Assembly: GCA_021735645.1 (NCBI GenBank)
Contig: JAIPGP010000007.1
Location: 36-64,035, forward strand
Reading direction: 5' to 3'
Length of the DNA stretch: 64,000 bases
Source: Candidatus Cloacimonadota bacterium
GTDB taxonomy: Bacteria; Cloacimonadota; Cloacimonadia; Cloacimonadales; TCS61
Shown here piece by piece: positions 16,498 to 26,352 of the stretch. Both the position numbers and the translations under genes were made by a program. Under the pieces are notes generated by a model that was given only the letters and a program-made list of their open reading frames with translations, was not told the origin of the DNA and did not search any database. The stretch's first letter is position 1; every line of letters begins with the position of its first letter.

Positions 16498-19400
16498 TTA
16501 CTTCATCCTGATCATTTTTTTAGCTGTACTGGTAAAGTGCTTATTACTGAATTGATACATATAGATTCCACTTGCTGCCAGTTTACCATTCTTATCACAA
16601 CCATCCCAGTACACACGATTTGAAGTAGCTTCGAGGCTTCTCACTTTCTGACCCTTCACGTTGAATATCTCCACTTTGGCATCCTGAAGCAGGTTTCTGT
16701 TCAGTTCAAAGCTGAGAATTGTTCCATTACGGAAAGGATTTGGATAATTAGTCAGGTTAATGTCAATCATTTCATCAATTTCATTAATGTCCTGAGCATT
16801 ACCACCTGTCTGATCAAGTTTCTGGGCATAGATATTATAAATATCGGTTTTACCAGAAGAGCGGAAATCGCTCCAGATCACATAGGAATAGCGATTACCA
16901 TCAGTAACTGCTACCGGATTCTGCTGATTCTTGATAGCCGCACAGATCACTAAACCATCATTGGACCAGCCTGCCGCTAAATTTCCATCCAGATCATACT
17001 TTTTGGCAAATAGATTTATGTCATTTTCCTGTACTACATCATCCCAATAAACCATAATCGTATTGTCCAGGAAACTGAAAGCTGGATTTGCCTGCTGATT
17101 TGGCTTCACTGCTACCGGCACGCCTCCTGCTTCCCATTGCTCATTACCATCCAGATCATATTTCTGCATATAAATATCATAATCAAGGCTGTCTCGCATA
17201 TCATTCCAGATCAGATATATGTAATCATTATAATACTCCATCTGGAAACCAGACTGGTCATGTATTTCCTCTACAAAAGGAATCCCATCGGCTTCCCATA
17301 ATATTTCACCATCAGAATTGATCATCTGACCATAAATATCGCCATCTACTCCAGTTCTCAGGTCTTCCCACATCACCAGCAATCCGTTTGGTGTCATCAC
17401 TCCCTGAGGATTTAACTGATTTGCAGCTGCACCACAAATCCGAATACCGTTTTCTGCCCAGTTTTCTGAAATCTCACCATCATCATTCAGCTTATTTACA
17501 TAAATATCATAATCGGGAAACGCCTGAAGCTCCCAGATAAAATAATTTTCTACGATATCGCGCAGGACATCATCGCCATCGTTTTCGCCAACTACTACTC
17601 CTTCCTCATCCCACTGAATTACTCCGTCAATTACCTTCTGGGCACATACCTGGAATACAGGATTCATGAAATCTTCATTCTCATCTGACCAGCCATAATA
17701 TACGGCATCTCCCATCACGGATAAATGAGCATCATGATGATTTGTATCAAATACACTTAACTGAACTCCCATATCTCCCCAAAGATGATTCCCTGCGGCA
17801 TCTACCAACTGTGTATAGGTTTTCAGCATTTCACCACGTAACTCTTCCCAGACTAAAACTGCATTATCTCCCATCAGTTCACACTGCATAAATTCCTGAT
17901 TTGCTCCTGTCATCTCTGTGATCGGAATACCATCTTCGATTAAGCCAAAACTACCATCATTATTCATAATTTGAACATAAATCTGACTGGCTACTACAGA
18001 TTTCCGCGTGTCTTTCCAGAAAAGCATCCGGCTGTCTGGCTTGCCCAGCATCCGGTAATTTGTGCCATCACCGCAAAGCCCGTAAAACACTTCTGCTCCA
18101 TTAGCTTCCAAAAGCATATTGCCATCACCATCTACTAACTGCTGACGGATACCTACAGAACCGGTACGCTCATCACTCCAGATCAGATATATTTGATTGT
18201 TAGCATCTTTTTTGATCAATGGTGCACTCTGGAGACCAAAAGCATCGCATACAATGCGTCCATTAGTTTCCAGCAAAGCATCACCACTGCCATTAAAATG
18301 CTGAATATAGATGTTTTCCTGAGGGTGATCTGCTTCCCTGCCATCATCCCAGATGATCCAGCAGCCTCCGCTTTCATCGCCCACCAGACGGGGATTCAAT
18401 TGATGATAATCTTCCATACAGACTACTTCCCCGCTGGGGTCCCACATAAGTGTGCCATCTAAACTTACCTTCTGGACATATAAATCGGCATAATCACCAT
18501 TATTACGCATATCTTCCCAGGTTATCAGTGCTCCGCCATCGGAAGCTGTTGTGATCCGTGGATTAGTCTGATCTGCGGCACCTGCATATATCTCTACATC
18601 TTCAGCCCAAAGTATACTACCGGCTAAATTTATCCGGTTCGCATAAATATCTCCACCTTCATCCTGACGACGGTCCCGCCATGTTACGATAAATCCGCCT
18701 GTTCCATCAGGAGCTATTTTGGCACTTTCCTGTATCGCCGGTGCATCGCATAATACCGTTCCATTGTTATCCCAAAGATAACTGCCATCTGCCGCTATAC
18801 GCTGCATATAAAGATTTTGATTGTTTGGCTCCCGCTCATCATGCCATACACAGATTGCTCCACCTTCACCGTCTTCCCAGAATGTATGCTGCGTCTGAGC
18901 TCCGTTTGCTGATATTATGGGATTGCCATCTACTTCCCAGCCTGCTGCTATACTGCCATCTGCCAAGATATGTGTTCCGAATATATCAGAACCACCCTGA
19001 ATCCGGTCATCGAGCCAGATTATATAAGCTCCGCCATCTGTATCACTTACAATATTCAATGAAATCTGGATTTCTTCTGCCAGACATAAGGGCACGCCAT
19101 CTTCCGCCCACATTAAATTCCCGTCACCATCCAGTTTCTGGGCATAAATATCACCGGCAATCTCATTCCGGAAATCGACCCAGGCAAATATAGTCTCATC
19201 ATCTGCGCCATTCATTACTACAATGTCTTCCTGACGGTCTATCACGCCATTGATCAATACACCGCCATTACCCCACATGAGGTTACCATCACTATCTACT
19301 CTCTGGGCAAATACATCACGGTCACCCCGGCGGGTATCACTCCAGGTATATACACAGCCACCATCCGGCAGCGTGATAGCGCTCCTGAACCACTCGATAT

Positions 19401-19503
19401 TTACTCCCTGGCGCACAGGAACTCCATCTTCCTGCCATTCTATCTGGCCAAACAATGTCGCCAGACCTATCAATATTACCACTATTAAAAATGCTTTTCT
19501 CAT
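16498..19503 (-). CDS. secreted repeat protein (16 x ~57-aa propeller-like repeats) with T9SS C-terminal sorting domain
   Basis: 1001-aa ORF with a signal peptide. I counted 16 occurrences of the unit W.[DE].R..(3-8)..[DN][IL][YF].Q[KR][ILV]...G...W...G. The C-terminus NYPNPFRNGTILSF..IFNVKGQKV..GIYMYQF is a CTD. Confidence 0.7.
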   Translation of the reverse strand: MRKAFLIVVILIGLATLFGQIEWQEDGVPVRQGVNIEWFRSAITLPDGGCVYTWSDTRRGDRDVFAQRVDSDGNLMWGNGGVLINGVIDRQEDIVVMNGADDETIFAWVDFRNEIAGDIYAQKLDGDGNLMWAEDGVPLCLAEEIQISLNIVSDTDGGAYIIWLDDRIQGGSDIFGTHILADGSIAAGWEVDGNPIISANGAQTQHTFWEDGEGGAICVWHDEREPNNQNLYMQRIAADGSYLWDNNGTVLCDAPAIQESAKIAPDGTGGFIVTWRDRRQDEGGDIYANRINLAGSILWAEDVEIYAGAADQTNPRITTASDGGALITWEDMRNNGDYADLYVQKVSLDGTLMWDPSGEVVCMEDYHQLNPRLVGDESGGCWIIWDDGREADHPQENIYIQHFNGSGDALLETNGRIVCDAFGLQSAPLIKKDANNQIYLIWSDERTGSVGIRQQLVDGDGNMLLEANGAEVFYGLCGDGTNYRMLGKPDSRMLFWKDTRKSVVASQIYVQIMNNDGSFGLIEDGIPITEMTGANQEFMQCELMGDNAVLVWEELRGEMLKTYTQLVDAAGNHLWGDMGVQLSVFDTNHHDAHLSVMGDAVYYGWSDENEDFMNPVFQVCAQKVIDGVIQWDEEGVVVGENDGDDVLRDIVENYFIWELQAFPDYDIYVNKLNDDGEISENWAENGIRICGAAANQLNPQGVMTPNGLLVMWEDLRTGVDGDIYGQMINSDGEILWEADGIPFVEEIHDQSGFQMEYYNDYIYLIWNDMRDSLDYDIYMQKYDLDGNEQWEAGGVPVAVKPNQQANPAFSFLDNTIMVYWDDVVQENDINLFAKKYDLDGNLAAGWSNDGLVICAAIKNQQNPVAVTDGNRYSYVIWSDFRSSGKTDIYNIYAQKLDQTGGNAQDINEIDEMIDINLTNYPNPFRNGTILSFELNRNLLQDAKVEIFNVKGQKVRSLEATSNRVYWDGCDKNGKLAASGIYMYQFSNKHFTSTAKKMIRMK

Positions 19504-19515
19504 TTCATTACTCCT

Positions 19516-20571
19516 TTATAAATTCACTATTTTATATTTATATATACCGTAGCGCGTGCCAGCATAGAGATAGTTTCCATGGATTTTGACCTTATAAGTA
19601 TATCCTATCTCACTATCATCTATCCGCTGTAAACGCCTGATTTCTCCCTGGGGTCCATTAAATAAATAAATTCCACCGCTTGTGGATGCCAGGGCAAATA
19701 CATTCAACTCCGTATTTACTACTATATCTGATGCCAGTCCTGTTGTATCATAATTAAAAAGCTCTACCGGATTATTTATATCCGCAATATCGAATACCTG
19801 AATACCCTCTTCCCGGTTCCCTAAATAGGCAATATTGTCAACAACCTTGACAGCAATTGTTTGTCCAATTGTGCCTACACTGCCAATCGGTGGAAATGTA
19901 ATAATATTTCCTTCTATATCTTTTTCCACTACCTGCAATCCTAATTGATAACTGGCGCAATATATACTACCGGTCTCATAATCTTCGTTAAAATCCGCTA
20001 CATCATTAGCAAAATCACCTGAACTCTCGCCTACGAAATTCCAGAACGCTCCTCCACCTGCAGAGACAAATCTACCAGTATAATACAGAGTCTCCTGATT
20101 TAACCAGTGAAATCTGAATTGTGTACTGTCAATAGAGGTTACATTTAAAACTGTTATACCATTAGAATTACCAGAATGCCACCATTTTTCTACCGGGTTA
20201 CTTTTATCTGCTATGTTATATAACAGGATTCCTGCGTGAGTTCCATATCTATTGTACACAAGCAACCCATTACTGGCTTCATCAACAGCTATCAGTCTAA
20301 AATTTATAGATATATCTTCTGTATAGCGAGTTATTAACACATCAGTAGCATTATCCCAGATTGAAAACCCTGCTTCATCCTCGGCTACATATACATAGCC
20401 ATCTGTTACCTGTAGATCACTTACATAGCCATCTGTGGGGTAAACTGCCTGCAATTCCAGATATACCGGATCATCATCTGCTGTCTCAGGGTCATTTGGC
20501 TGTGCACACCCCGTAAACAGCACTAATATCATGCATATCAACACCAGCAAAAATAAAATTCTGAACTTCAT
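19516..20571 (-). CDS. LVIVD-repeat beta-propeller lipoprotein
   Basis: 351-aa ORF with lipobox LFTG|C. Repeated motifs such as GYVYVAEDEAGFSIWD, IAYLGNREEGIQVFDIADINNPVEL and YLYAGTRYGIYKYKI are of the LVIVD-repeat type. Its stop is 12 nt from the next gene's start. Confidence 0.65.
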   Translation of the reverse strand: MKFRILFLLVLICMILVLFTGCAQPNDPETADDDPVYLELQAVYPTDGYVSDLQVTDGYVYVAEDEAGFSIWDNATDVLITRYTEDISINFRLIAVDEASNGLLVYNRYGTHAGILLYNIADKSNPVEKWWHSGNSNGITVLNVTSIDSTQFRFHWLNQETLYYTGRFVSAGGGAFWNFVGESSGDFANDVADFNEDYETGSIYCASYQLGLQVVEKDIEGNIITFPPIGSVGTIGQTIAVKVVDNIAYLGNREEGIQVFDIADINNPVELFNYDTTGLASDIVVNTELNVFALASTSGGIYLFNGPQGEIRRLQRIDDSEIGYTYKVKIHGNYLYAGTRYGIYKYKIVNL

Positions 20572-20673
20572 TTCTATCTATCCTCCAACTTTATCCTGTT
20601 TTTCTTTTAATACTATCAAGCATTATCTATTCCAATAATCAAAATAATTCTAACCGCTGGAGATTCACGTCTT

Positions 20674-22491
20674 TTAATCCCTCTCGACCTTCAATACTTC
20701 CAGAAATGCCTCTTGAGGAACCTGCACGCTGCCTATCTCTTTCATCCGCTTCTTGCCTTCTTTCTGCTTCTCCAGAAGTTTGCGTTTTCTCGTAATATCA
20801 CCGCCATAGCATTTTGCGGTTACATCTTTTCTTACTGGATTGATCGTGCTTCGCGCTATAATCTTGGAGCCAATGCTTGCCTGTAGTGCTACTTTATATA
20901 ACTGTCGAGGGATTACTTCCTGCAGTTTCTCAGTTACGCTCTTACCCCAGCTGTAGGCTTTGCTTTCATGGCAGATAAAACTCATGGCATCCACTTTCTC
21001 GCTGTTGATCAAAATATCCACTTTCACCACTGCTGACCGCTGATACCTTTTAAATTGATAGTCCAGCGAGGCATAACCGCGGCTCACGGATTTCAATTTA
21101 TCATAAAAATCAAAGATGATCTCTATCAAAGGCAGATCATATTTCAATGATAACCGCTTCTCGTCTATGTACTGCAAATCAGTCTGCACACCTCGCCGTT
21201 CCTGGCAAAGCTTCATGATATTGCCCACATATTCCGCAGGTACTATGATCTCCACGTCCATTATAGGCTCTTCTATAAAATTCACCCGCACCAGGTCAGG
21301 CATATCAATGGGATTATAAATAATTATTTTCTCACCATTGGTCAGATGAATATTAAACCGCACACTGGGTGTGGTTGCTATTATCTGCACATTGAATTCT
21401 CTATATAATCGCTCTTTGAATATCTCCAGATGCAGCATTCCCAGGAACCCGCAGCGGAATCCAAAGCCTAACGCTAAAGAACTTTCCGGCTCATAAGTTA
21501 AGGCATAATCATTTAATTTCAGTTTGGCTATGCTGTCCCGCAGATCACCGTAATCCTCCTTGTCCAAAGGGAATATGCCGGAATATACCATCGGCTTCGG
21601 CTCTTCAAAACCCGGTAATGCCTCAGAGCAGCCACCCTTCTGAGTAGTTATCGTATCGCCTACCCGGGCATCTGCCACCTCCTTGATCCCGGAAATTATG
21701 TAACCCACTTCTCCAGCGGTTAAAAATGTCTGCTCTTCGAATTTTATTCCCAGATAACCAATTTCTTCTATTTTAAATTCTTTTTTATTAGAGAACAGCC
21801 GGATCATATCGCCCCGGCGTAGCCTGCCGTCAAACACCCTCACCAGCACCACTACACCCCGGTAGGGATCAAAGTAGGAGTCAAAGATTAGTGCTTTCGC
21901 CGGAGCATCTATTGTGCCCTTAGGCTGAGGTATTTTTTCCACTACCCCACGTAATAACTCATCTATTCCGATGCCCTGTTTGGCGCTTATGCGAAATATT
22001 TCGGATTTGGTTACGCCCATTGTCTCTTCTATTTCATGGGAAGTGCCATCTACATCTGCTTTGGGTAAGTCTACCTTATTGATCACTGGAATTATCTCCA
22101 GATTGTTCTCCAGTGCCAGATACATATTGCTCATCGTCTGTGCCTCAATCCCCTGTGCTGCATCTACCAGTAACAATGCCCCTTCACAGGAAGATAAACT
22201 CCGCGAAACTTCATAAGAAAAATCTACATGACCCGGTGTATCTATCAGATTTAAGATATATGTTTTACCCTCATATTTATAAGGAAGCCGGATAGCATGT
22301 GACTTGATCGTGATTCCGCGTTCCCGCTCCAGATCCATGTCATCAAGCACCTGATCCAGCTGCTTGCCATGCACAATTACACCTGTCTCCTCCAGCATCC
22401 GGTCTGCCAAAGTAGATTTTCCATGATCAATGTGAGCGATTATGCAAAAATTCCGTATCCGCTCCTGAGCTATCTCTATGTTCTTTGCCAA
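20674..22491 (-). CDS. lepA: translation elongation factor 4 (LepA)
   Basis: 605-aa ORF with a TTG start and AAGGAG SD 7 nt upstream. It has the GTPase motifs IIAHIDHGKSTL, DTPGHVDF and NKVD. Length and C-terminal region are typical of LepA. Confidence 0.95.
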   Translation of the reverse strand: MAKNIEIAQERIRNFCIIAHIDHGKSTLADRMLEETGVIVHGKQLDQVLDDMDLERERGITIKSHAIRLPYKYEGKTYILNLIDTPGHVDFSYEVSRSLSSCEGALLLVDAAQGIEAQTMSNMYLALENNLEIIPVINKVDLPKADVDGTSHEIEETMGVTKSEIFRISAKQGIGIDELLRGVVEKIPQPKGTIDAPAKALIFDSYFDPYRGVVVLVRVFDGRLRRGDMIRLFSNKKEFKIEEIGYLGIKFEEQTFLTAGEVGYIISGIKEVADARVGDTITTQKGGCSEALPGFEEPKPMVYSGIFPLDKEDYGDLRDSIAKLKLNDYALTYEPESSLALGFGFRCGFLGMLHLEIFKERLYREFNVQIIATTPSVRFNIHLTNGEKIIIYNPIDMPDLVRVNFIEEPIMDVEIIVPAEYVGNIMKLCQERRGVQTDLQYIDEKRLSLKYDLPLIEIIFDFYDKLKSVSRGYASLDYQFKRYQRSAVVKVDILINSEKVDAMSFICHESKAYSWGKSVTEKLQEVIPRQLYKVALQASIGSKIIARSTINPVRKDVTAKCYGGDITRKRKLLEKQKEGKKRMKEIGSVQVPQEAFLEVLKVERD

Positions 22492-23050
22492 TTACATTCT
22501 CCTTCGTTCAATTCTGAACCTTTCAAATTTTATTCAAGTTCTCTCCTGTCAATCTAAATTATTCTCTGACACAAAATTATGGCATTGCTACAATTTAATC
22601 ATGTAGCTTAATCCTCCCGGATTAAGCATTAGGTTCCATCAAACTGGAAAGTTTGATCTACTTAGATGTATGCCTGATATACGTACTATATAGATATTGT
22701 AGTCCTGATAGAGCTAATATAAGTAGTAACTCTGTTCCATACTCCTGTAACCCACAGGGAAGCCACTCGGATGCTACAGGGAGAGTATAGTGGACTGAAT
22801 ATTTACGTAGGATATTTATTTGCAGTTTAATATGCTTTTATAGCCTCAAAAAAAGGAGGATTTTTTATTTTGGAACGACTTGGACAATATTTATCGTCGA
22901 AGAAAACGTATTTTATATTAAGTAACAATAGTTCTAATTATCAGATGTTTAATGGTTTAATAAGTGAGAGGAAGTCAGCTTATTTCAAATATTTTCTTAA
23001 TCTGATATATTAAATAAATTATTTCTTGTGCCAATAAGTATTTTAGAATG

Positions 23051-23322
23051 CCAGACCAGGGATGGTCTGGATACGTAGAAACTCAGACCAGGGATGGTCT
23101 GGATATGCAGAAACTCAGACCAGGGATGGTCTGGATACGTAGAAACTCAGACCAGGGATGGTCTGGATATGCAGAAACCCAGACCAGGGATGGTCTGGAT
23201 ACGCAGAAACCCAGACCAGGGATGGTCTGGATACGTAGAAACCCAGACCAGGGATGGTCTGGATACGTAGAAACTCAGACCAGGGATGGTCTGGATACGC
23301 AGAAATCCAGACCAGGGATGGA
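23051..23322. repeat. 32-bp tandem repeat, 8 full + 1 truncated unit, each carrying the hairpin CCAGACC-agggat-GGTCTGG
   Basis: The CAGACC register falls at 23052, 23084, 23116, 23148, 23180, 23212, 23244, 23276 and 23308. The 19-nt hairpin core is identical in all units. The 13-nt linker (atacgtagaaact) varies at 4 positions, always by transitions. Confidence 0.95.
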
Positions 23323-23496
23323 TAGGCACACCCGCCACTGAGTCCACCATGTCCACTGCGTCTTGTTTAGTTCTGGAATGGAAATTGCATTGTATTCATT
23401 TTAGATGGGGTATGGGTACAAAATAGAGGCTTTATCGTATAAAACCTGTAATTATTTTTGACAATGGGAGATAATATGTTAACGGAGGCTGCTAGT

Positions 23497-26352
23497 ATGA
23501 AAACAAAAATCACAATATTATTTTTCCTTGTGTTACTTTCTTATGCCCTGAATGCCCAATTGCAGTGGCAGACTGGCGGAATGCCGGTGAATGTGGATTA
23601 TCCTCTTTACTGGTATGATGAAAGTGGAGCAGTAGTTGATGAGATCAGTTATTATGTCTGGAGTGAATCACAAACAGGGGATCCTGATCTTTATATGCAG
23701 GCTTATAATGTTAATGGTGTGGCAATCTGGCAATCTGATCTGCTGATCTGTGAGGCAGCCAAATATCAAGGTCGGAGTCAAGTGATAGCAGCCAGTGATG
23801 GTAATCTAATAGTTGGCTGGCATGATACACGCAATATTCCGGGGTTATATTTTGGCGATGGTTATGAGATTTATCTGCAAAAGGTGAGTCCCGCCGGTGA
23901 AATTTTGTGGGGTGCAAACGGAGTATGTGTGTCAGATTGCTACCCTTATACTTATCGGCTGATCAGCGATGACCAAGGCGGTTGTTATCTGAGCTTTCGC
24001 TGTGGAGACGGCAATGGGAATTACATCAATTTCTGGCATTATAACTCTGAAGGAGTCTGCTGTCCGAATTGGGAAACAGGGATCTCACTTGATGTAGAAT
24101 TTTATGATTATGAAATGATCACGGATGGCAATGGCAATCTGGTGATCTACTACCCTGAGGAATCTGTTAACAAATTAACCAAGCTTTCACCTTTAGGTGA
24201 ATTTATCTGGGAAGGAATTATAATTACAGATTATTATGCTTCTAAAACTTATCTTTTTCAGCAGGGTGATACTCTGGACATGATCTTTAGGGTAAGTAAT
24301 GAAATCTTCCTGCAAAAGATAGATCTAACCGGTTCAGCAGTTTTTGATGAACCTCTTTTACTTTTGAGCAGTCCTATCTATATCAGTTCCTTCATAGTAA
24401 CTTCGTCTATTGACAGCTATTATATCTATTTCTATCAATATGATACAGGTAACACAGTAATAAAAATTGATTCTGCAGGAGAAGAGCTCTGGAGTAATTA
24501 TCTGAATTCTGATTATAGCTATAGTGGCATTTATGGCATGGGAAATGGTAATTTTCGTCTTTGGCGTCGAGGTTCAATTACTGTCACTCTTTGGGAGTAT
24601 GACAGTGACGGAGAATTATACAGTCCTGAAGAAGGCTGGTGGGATTATGAGAGTGAGACAAATACCTGGGGCTGCATGTTCGGGGTATTTTCAGGCGGAA
24701 ATATCACCAGTTGCGGTTGGCGGCTGATGAATGATGACCCTGAGAATGAAATACTCACCTGCCAGATAATCAATGAATCCGGACAGGCAGTTTGCGGAGA
24801 AGAAGGCAGTGAAATCAGCCGGGGACGGAATAGCAGTCTGTTCTGCGAGAATGTGTATAAGGTAAATGATCTGGAAGCAGTATTTTTGGAATCATACTAT
24901 TTGAATGAAAGGCGAATGGTGATGAAGCTGTTTAACGAGGACGGCAATGTTGTGGGTGCTTCCGCAGGAATGCAGATATCATCACCTGAGGCGGATTATA
25001 GTCAAACTCTGGGTGTTATTGAAGAGAGGATTTATTTTGTAATGGAAGTTCCTGACCCGGAGACTTCCGGTCCTGAATTCCTATATTTGAATGCTGTGGA
25101 TTTCAGTGTAGAGCCGGAACTGGTTTGGGGTGAGGATGGAATATTTTTAGGAGAAGGTGAATTCATTAATACAAATATCAATATGACGACAATTCCTGAT
25201 GAGGACAATGCTCTGCTCTTTACCTGGAATCTGGATAGTCCCCATGGATATGCCCGAGTCCAGAAAATGGTTAATGATGAGTTTGTTTGGGAAGAGGGAG
25301 GAATTATTTATCCCTGGGCAAATTCTGATACACACTGGATAGTCGCTTATCATGACTATATTTTCCGGATGACCAGTTGGGGAAGCGGTTATTTCCTGAG
25401 CCGGGTTGATGAAAATGGAGAGATGATGTGGGATGAAGAAGTTCCATTCAATATTACGGCAATGGCTGATTATCCTACAGGTATTCCTCAGACAGATGGC
25501 AATATGCTTTTTCTAGTGGCAGAGCATACAACTTTTGGCATGCAACTGCTGGAATATCGTATTACCCCTGAAGGAGAAAATCTATCCAGCGACATGGGTG
25601 ATATTGTCTCCTTTTTGCAGGAAGCAGATGAACTTACGATCACTGATTTAGGGGATAGTTATGCCATCTTTACCAGGCAGGATGATGATAATATGAAGTT
25701 CCGCAGATTTAATTATGACGGCACAGCCCTCAACCATCCTGTAGACATTCCCGGCTATGAATATTACGATATAGATGACGTGCGGATATTGAATGAACAT
25801 CTGCTGATATTCTCGCACCTGCAATGGGGAGCTCAACAGATCACAGTGGTTGATTTTGAGGGTATAGCCAGCGAACTGCTGCCCCAGAACCCTTATCAAT
25901 ACCTGGAATATAGTAATTACTGGCTTGGCTCTTTTACCTGCATAGATGGAGATGACATCTATTTCTGCTGGATAGACGGCAAAGCCTCAGAAAGACCTGA
26001 TGAAGGTGAATACGGCATGAGCTGGTATATGCAAAAGTTACGCATTCCCACAACGGTCACTTCTGAAGATGAAATCCAGTCAACCATCAAATTGCAGTTA
26101 TCACCAAATCCTTTTAATCCGGACTTAAAAATTTCCTGGGACACAATAAATATGAAAGAAGAAAAAGTAAAAGTAGCTGTTTATAACGTGAAAGGACAGC
26201 AGATCAGAACCTGGCAAACAGATTCTGCCAGAGACAATATCACCTGGGATGGGAAAAACCAGCGGGGACTCTCCTGCTCAACAGGTATTTATTTTGTACG
26301 CATAATATCTGGCAGAAAAAGCGTCAGCAACAAAGCAGTGCTGCTCAAATAG
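23497..26352 (+). CDS. secreted repeat protein with T9SS C-terminal sorting domain (divergent paralog of 16498..19503)
   Basis: The ORF track starts at TTG 23458. I prefer ATG 23497 (MKTKITILFFLVLLSYALNA|Q), which has GGAGG 7-8 nt upstream. The N-terminal repeats (VWSESQTGDPDLYMQAYNVNGVAIW, GWHDTRN..YEIYLQKVSPAGEILW) match the repeat family of the 1001-aa protein. The C-terminus LSPNPFNPDLKISW..VAVYNVKGQQI..GIYFVRI is a CTD. Confidence 0.75.
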   Translation: MKTKITILFFLVLLSYALNAQLQWQTGGMPVNVDYPLYWYDESGAVVDEISYYVWSESQTGDPDLYMQAYNVNGVAIWQSDLLICEAAKYQGRSQVIAASDGNLIVGWHDTRNIPGLYFGDGYEIYLQKVSPAGEILWGANGVCVSDCYPYTYRLISDDQGGCYLSFRCGDGNGNYINFWHYNSEGVCCPNWETGISLDVEFYDYEMITDGNGNLVIYYPEESVNKLTKLSPLGEFIWEGIIITDYYASKTYLFQQGDTLDMIFRVSNEIFLQKIDLTGSAVFDEPLLLLSSPIYISSFIVTSSIDSYYIYFYQYDTGNTVIKIDSAGEELWSNYLNSDYSYSGIYGMGNGNFRLWRRGSITVTLWEYDSDGELYSPEEGWWDYESETNTWGCMFGVFSGGNITSCGWRLMNDDPENEILTCQIINESGQAVCGEEGSEISRGRNSSLFCENVYKVNDLEAVFLESYYLNERRMVMKLFNEDGNVVGASAGMQISSPEADYSQTLGVIEERIYFVMEVPDPETSGPEFLYLNAVDFSVEPELVWGEDGIFLGEGEFINTNINMTTIPDEDNALLFTWNLDSPHGYARVQKMVNDEFVWEEGGIIYPWANSDTHWIVAYHDYIFRMTSWGSGYFLSRVDENGEMMWDEEVPFNITAMADYPTGIPQTDGNMLFLVAEHTTFGMQLLEYRITPEGENLSSDMGDIVSFLQEADELTITDLGDSYAIFTRQDDDNMKFRRFNYDGTALNHPVDIPGYEYYDIDDVRILNEHLLIFSHLQWGAQQITVVDFEGIASELLPQNPYQYLEYSNYWLGSFTCIDGDDIYFCWIDGKASERPDEGEYGMSWYMQKLRIPTTVTSEDEIQSTIKLQLSPNPFNPDLKISWDTINMKEEKVKVAVYNVKGQQIRTWQTDSARDNITWDGKNQRGLSCSTGIYFVRIISGRKSVSNKAVLLK

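Noticed and set aside
23051-23322. Possible CRISPR array (regularly spaced palindromic repeats)
   Set aside because: The period is only 32 bp. The 'spacers' are 13 nt and nearly identical to each other, differing at 4 transition sites. No cas genes lie nearby. It is a tandem repeat, not a CRISPR array.
23048-23356. ORFs 23048..23341 (+, 97 aa) and 23147..23356 (-, 69 aa)
   Set aside because: Both consist entirely of the 32-bp tandem repeat read through all three frames with a 96-nt super-period (PDQGWSGYVETQTRDGLD...). There is no SD, and the ORFs are mirror images on both strands. They are artefacts of a stop-free repeat.
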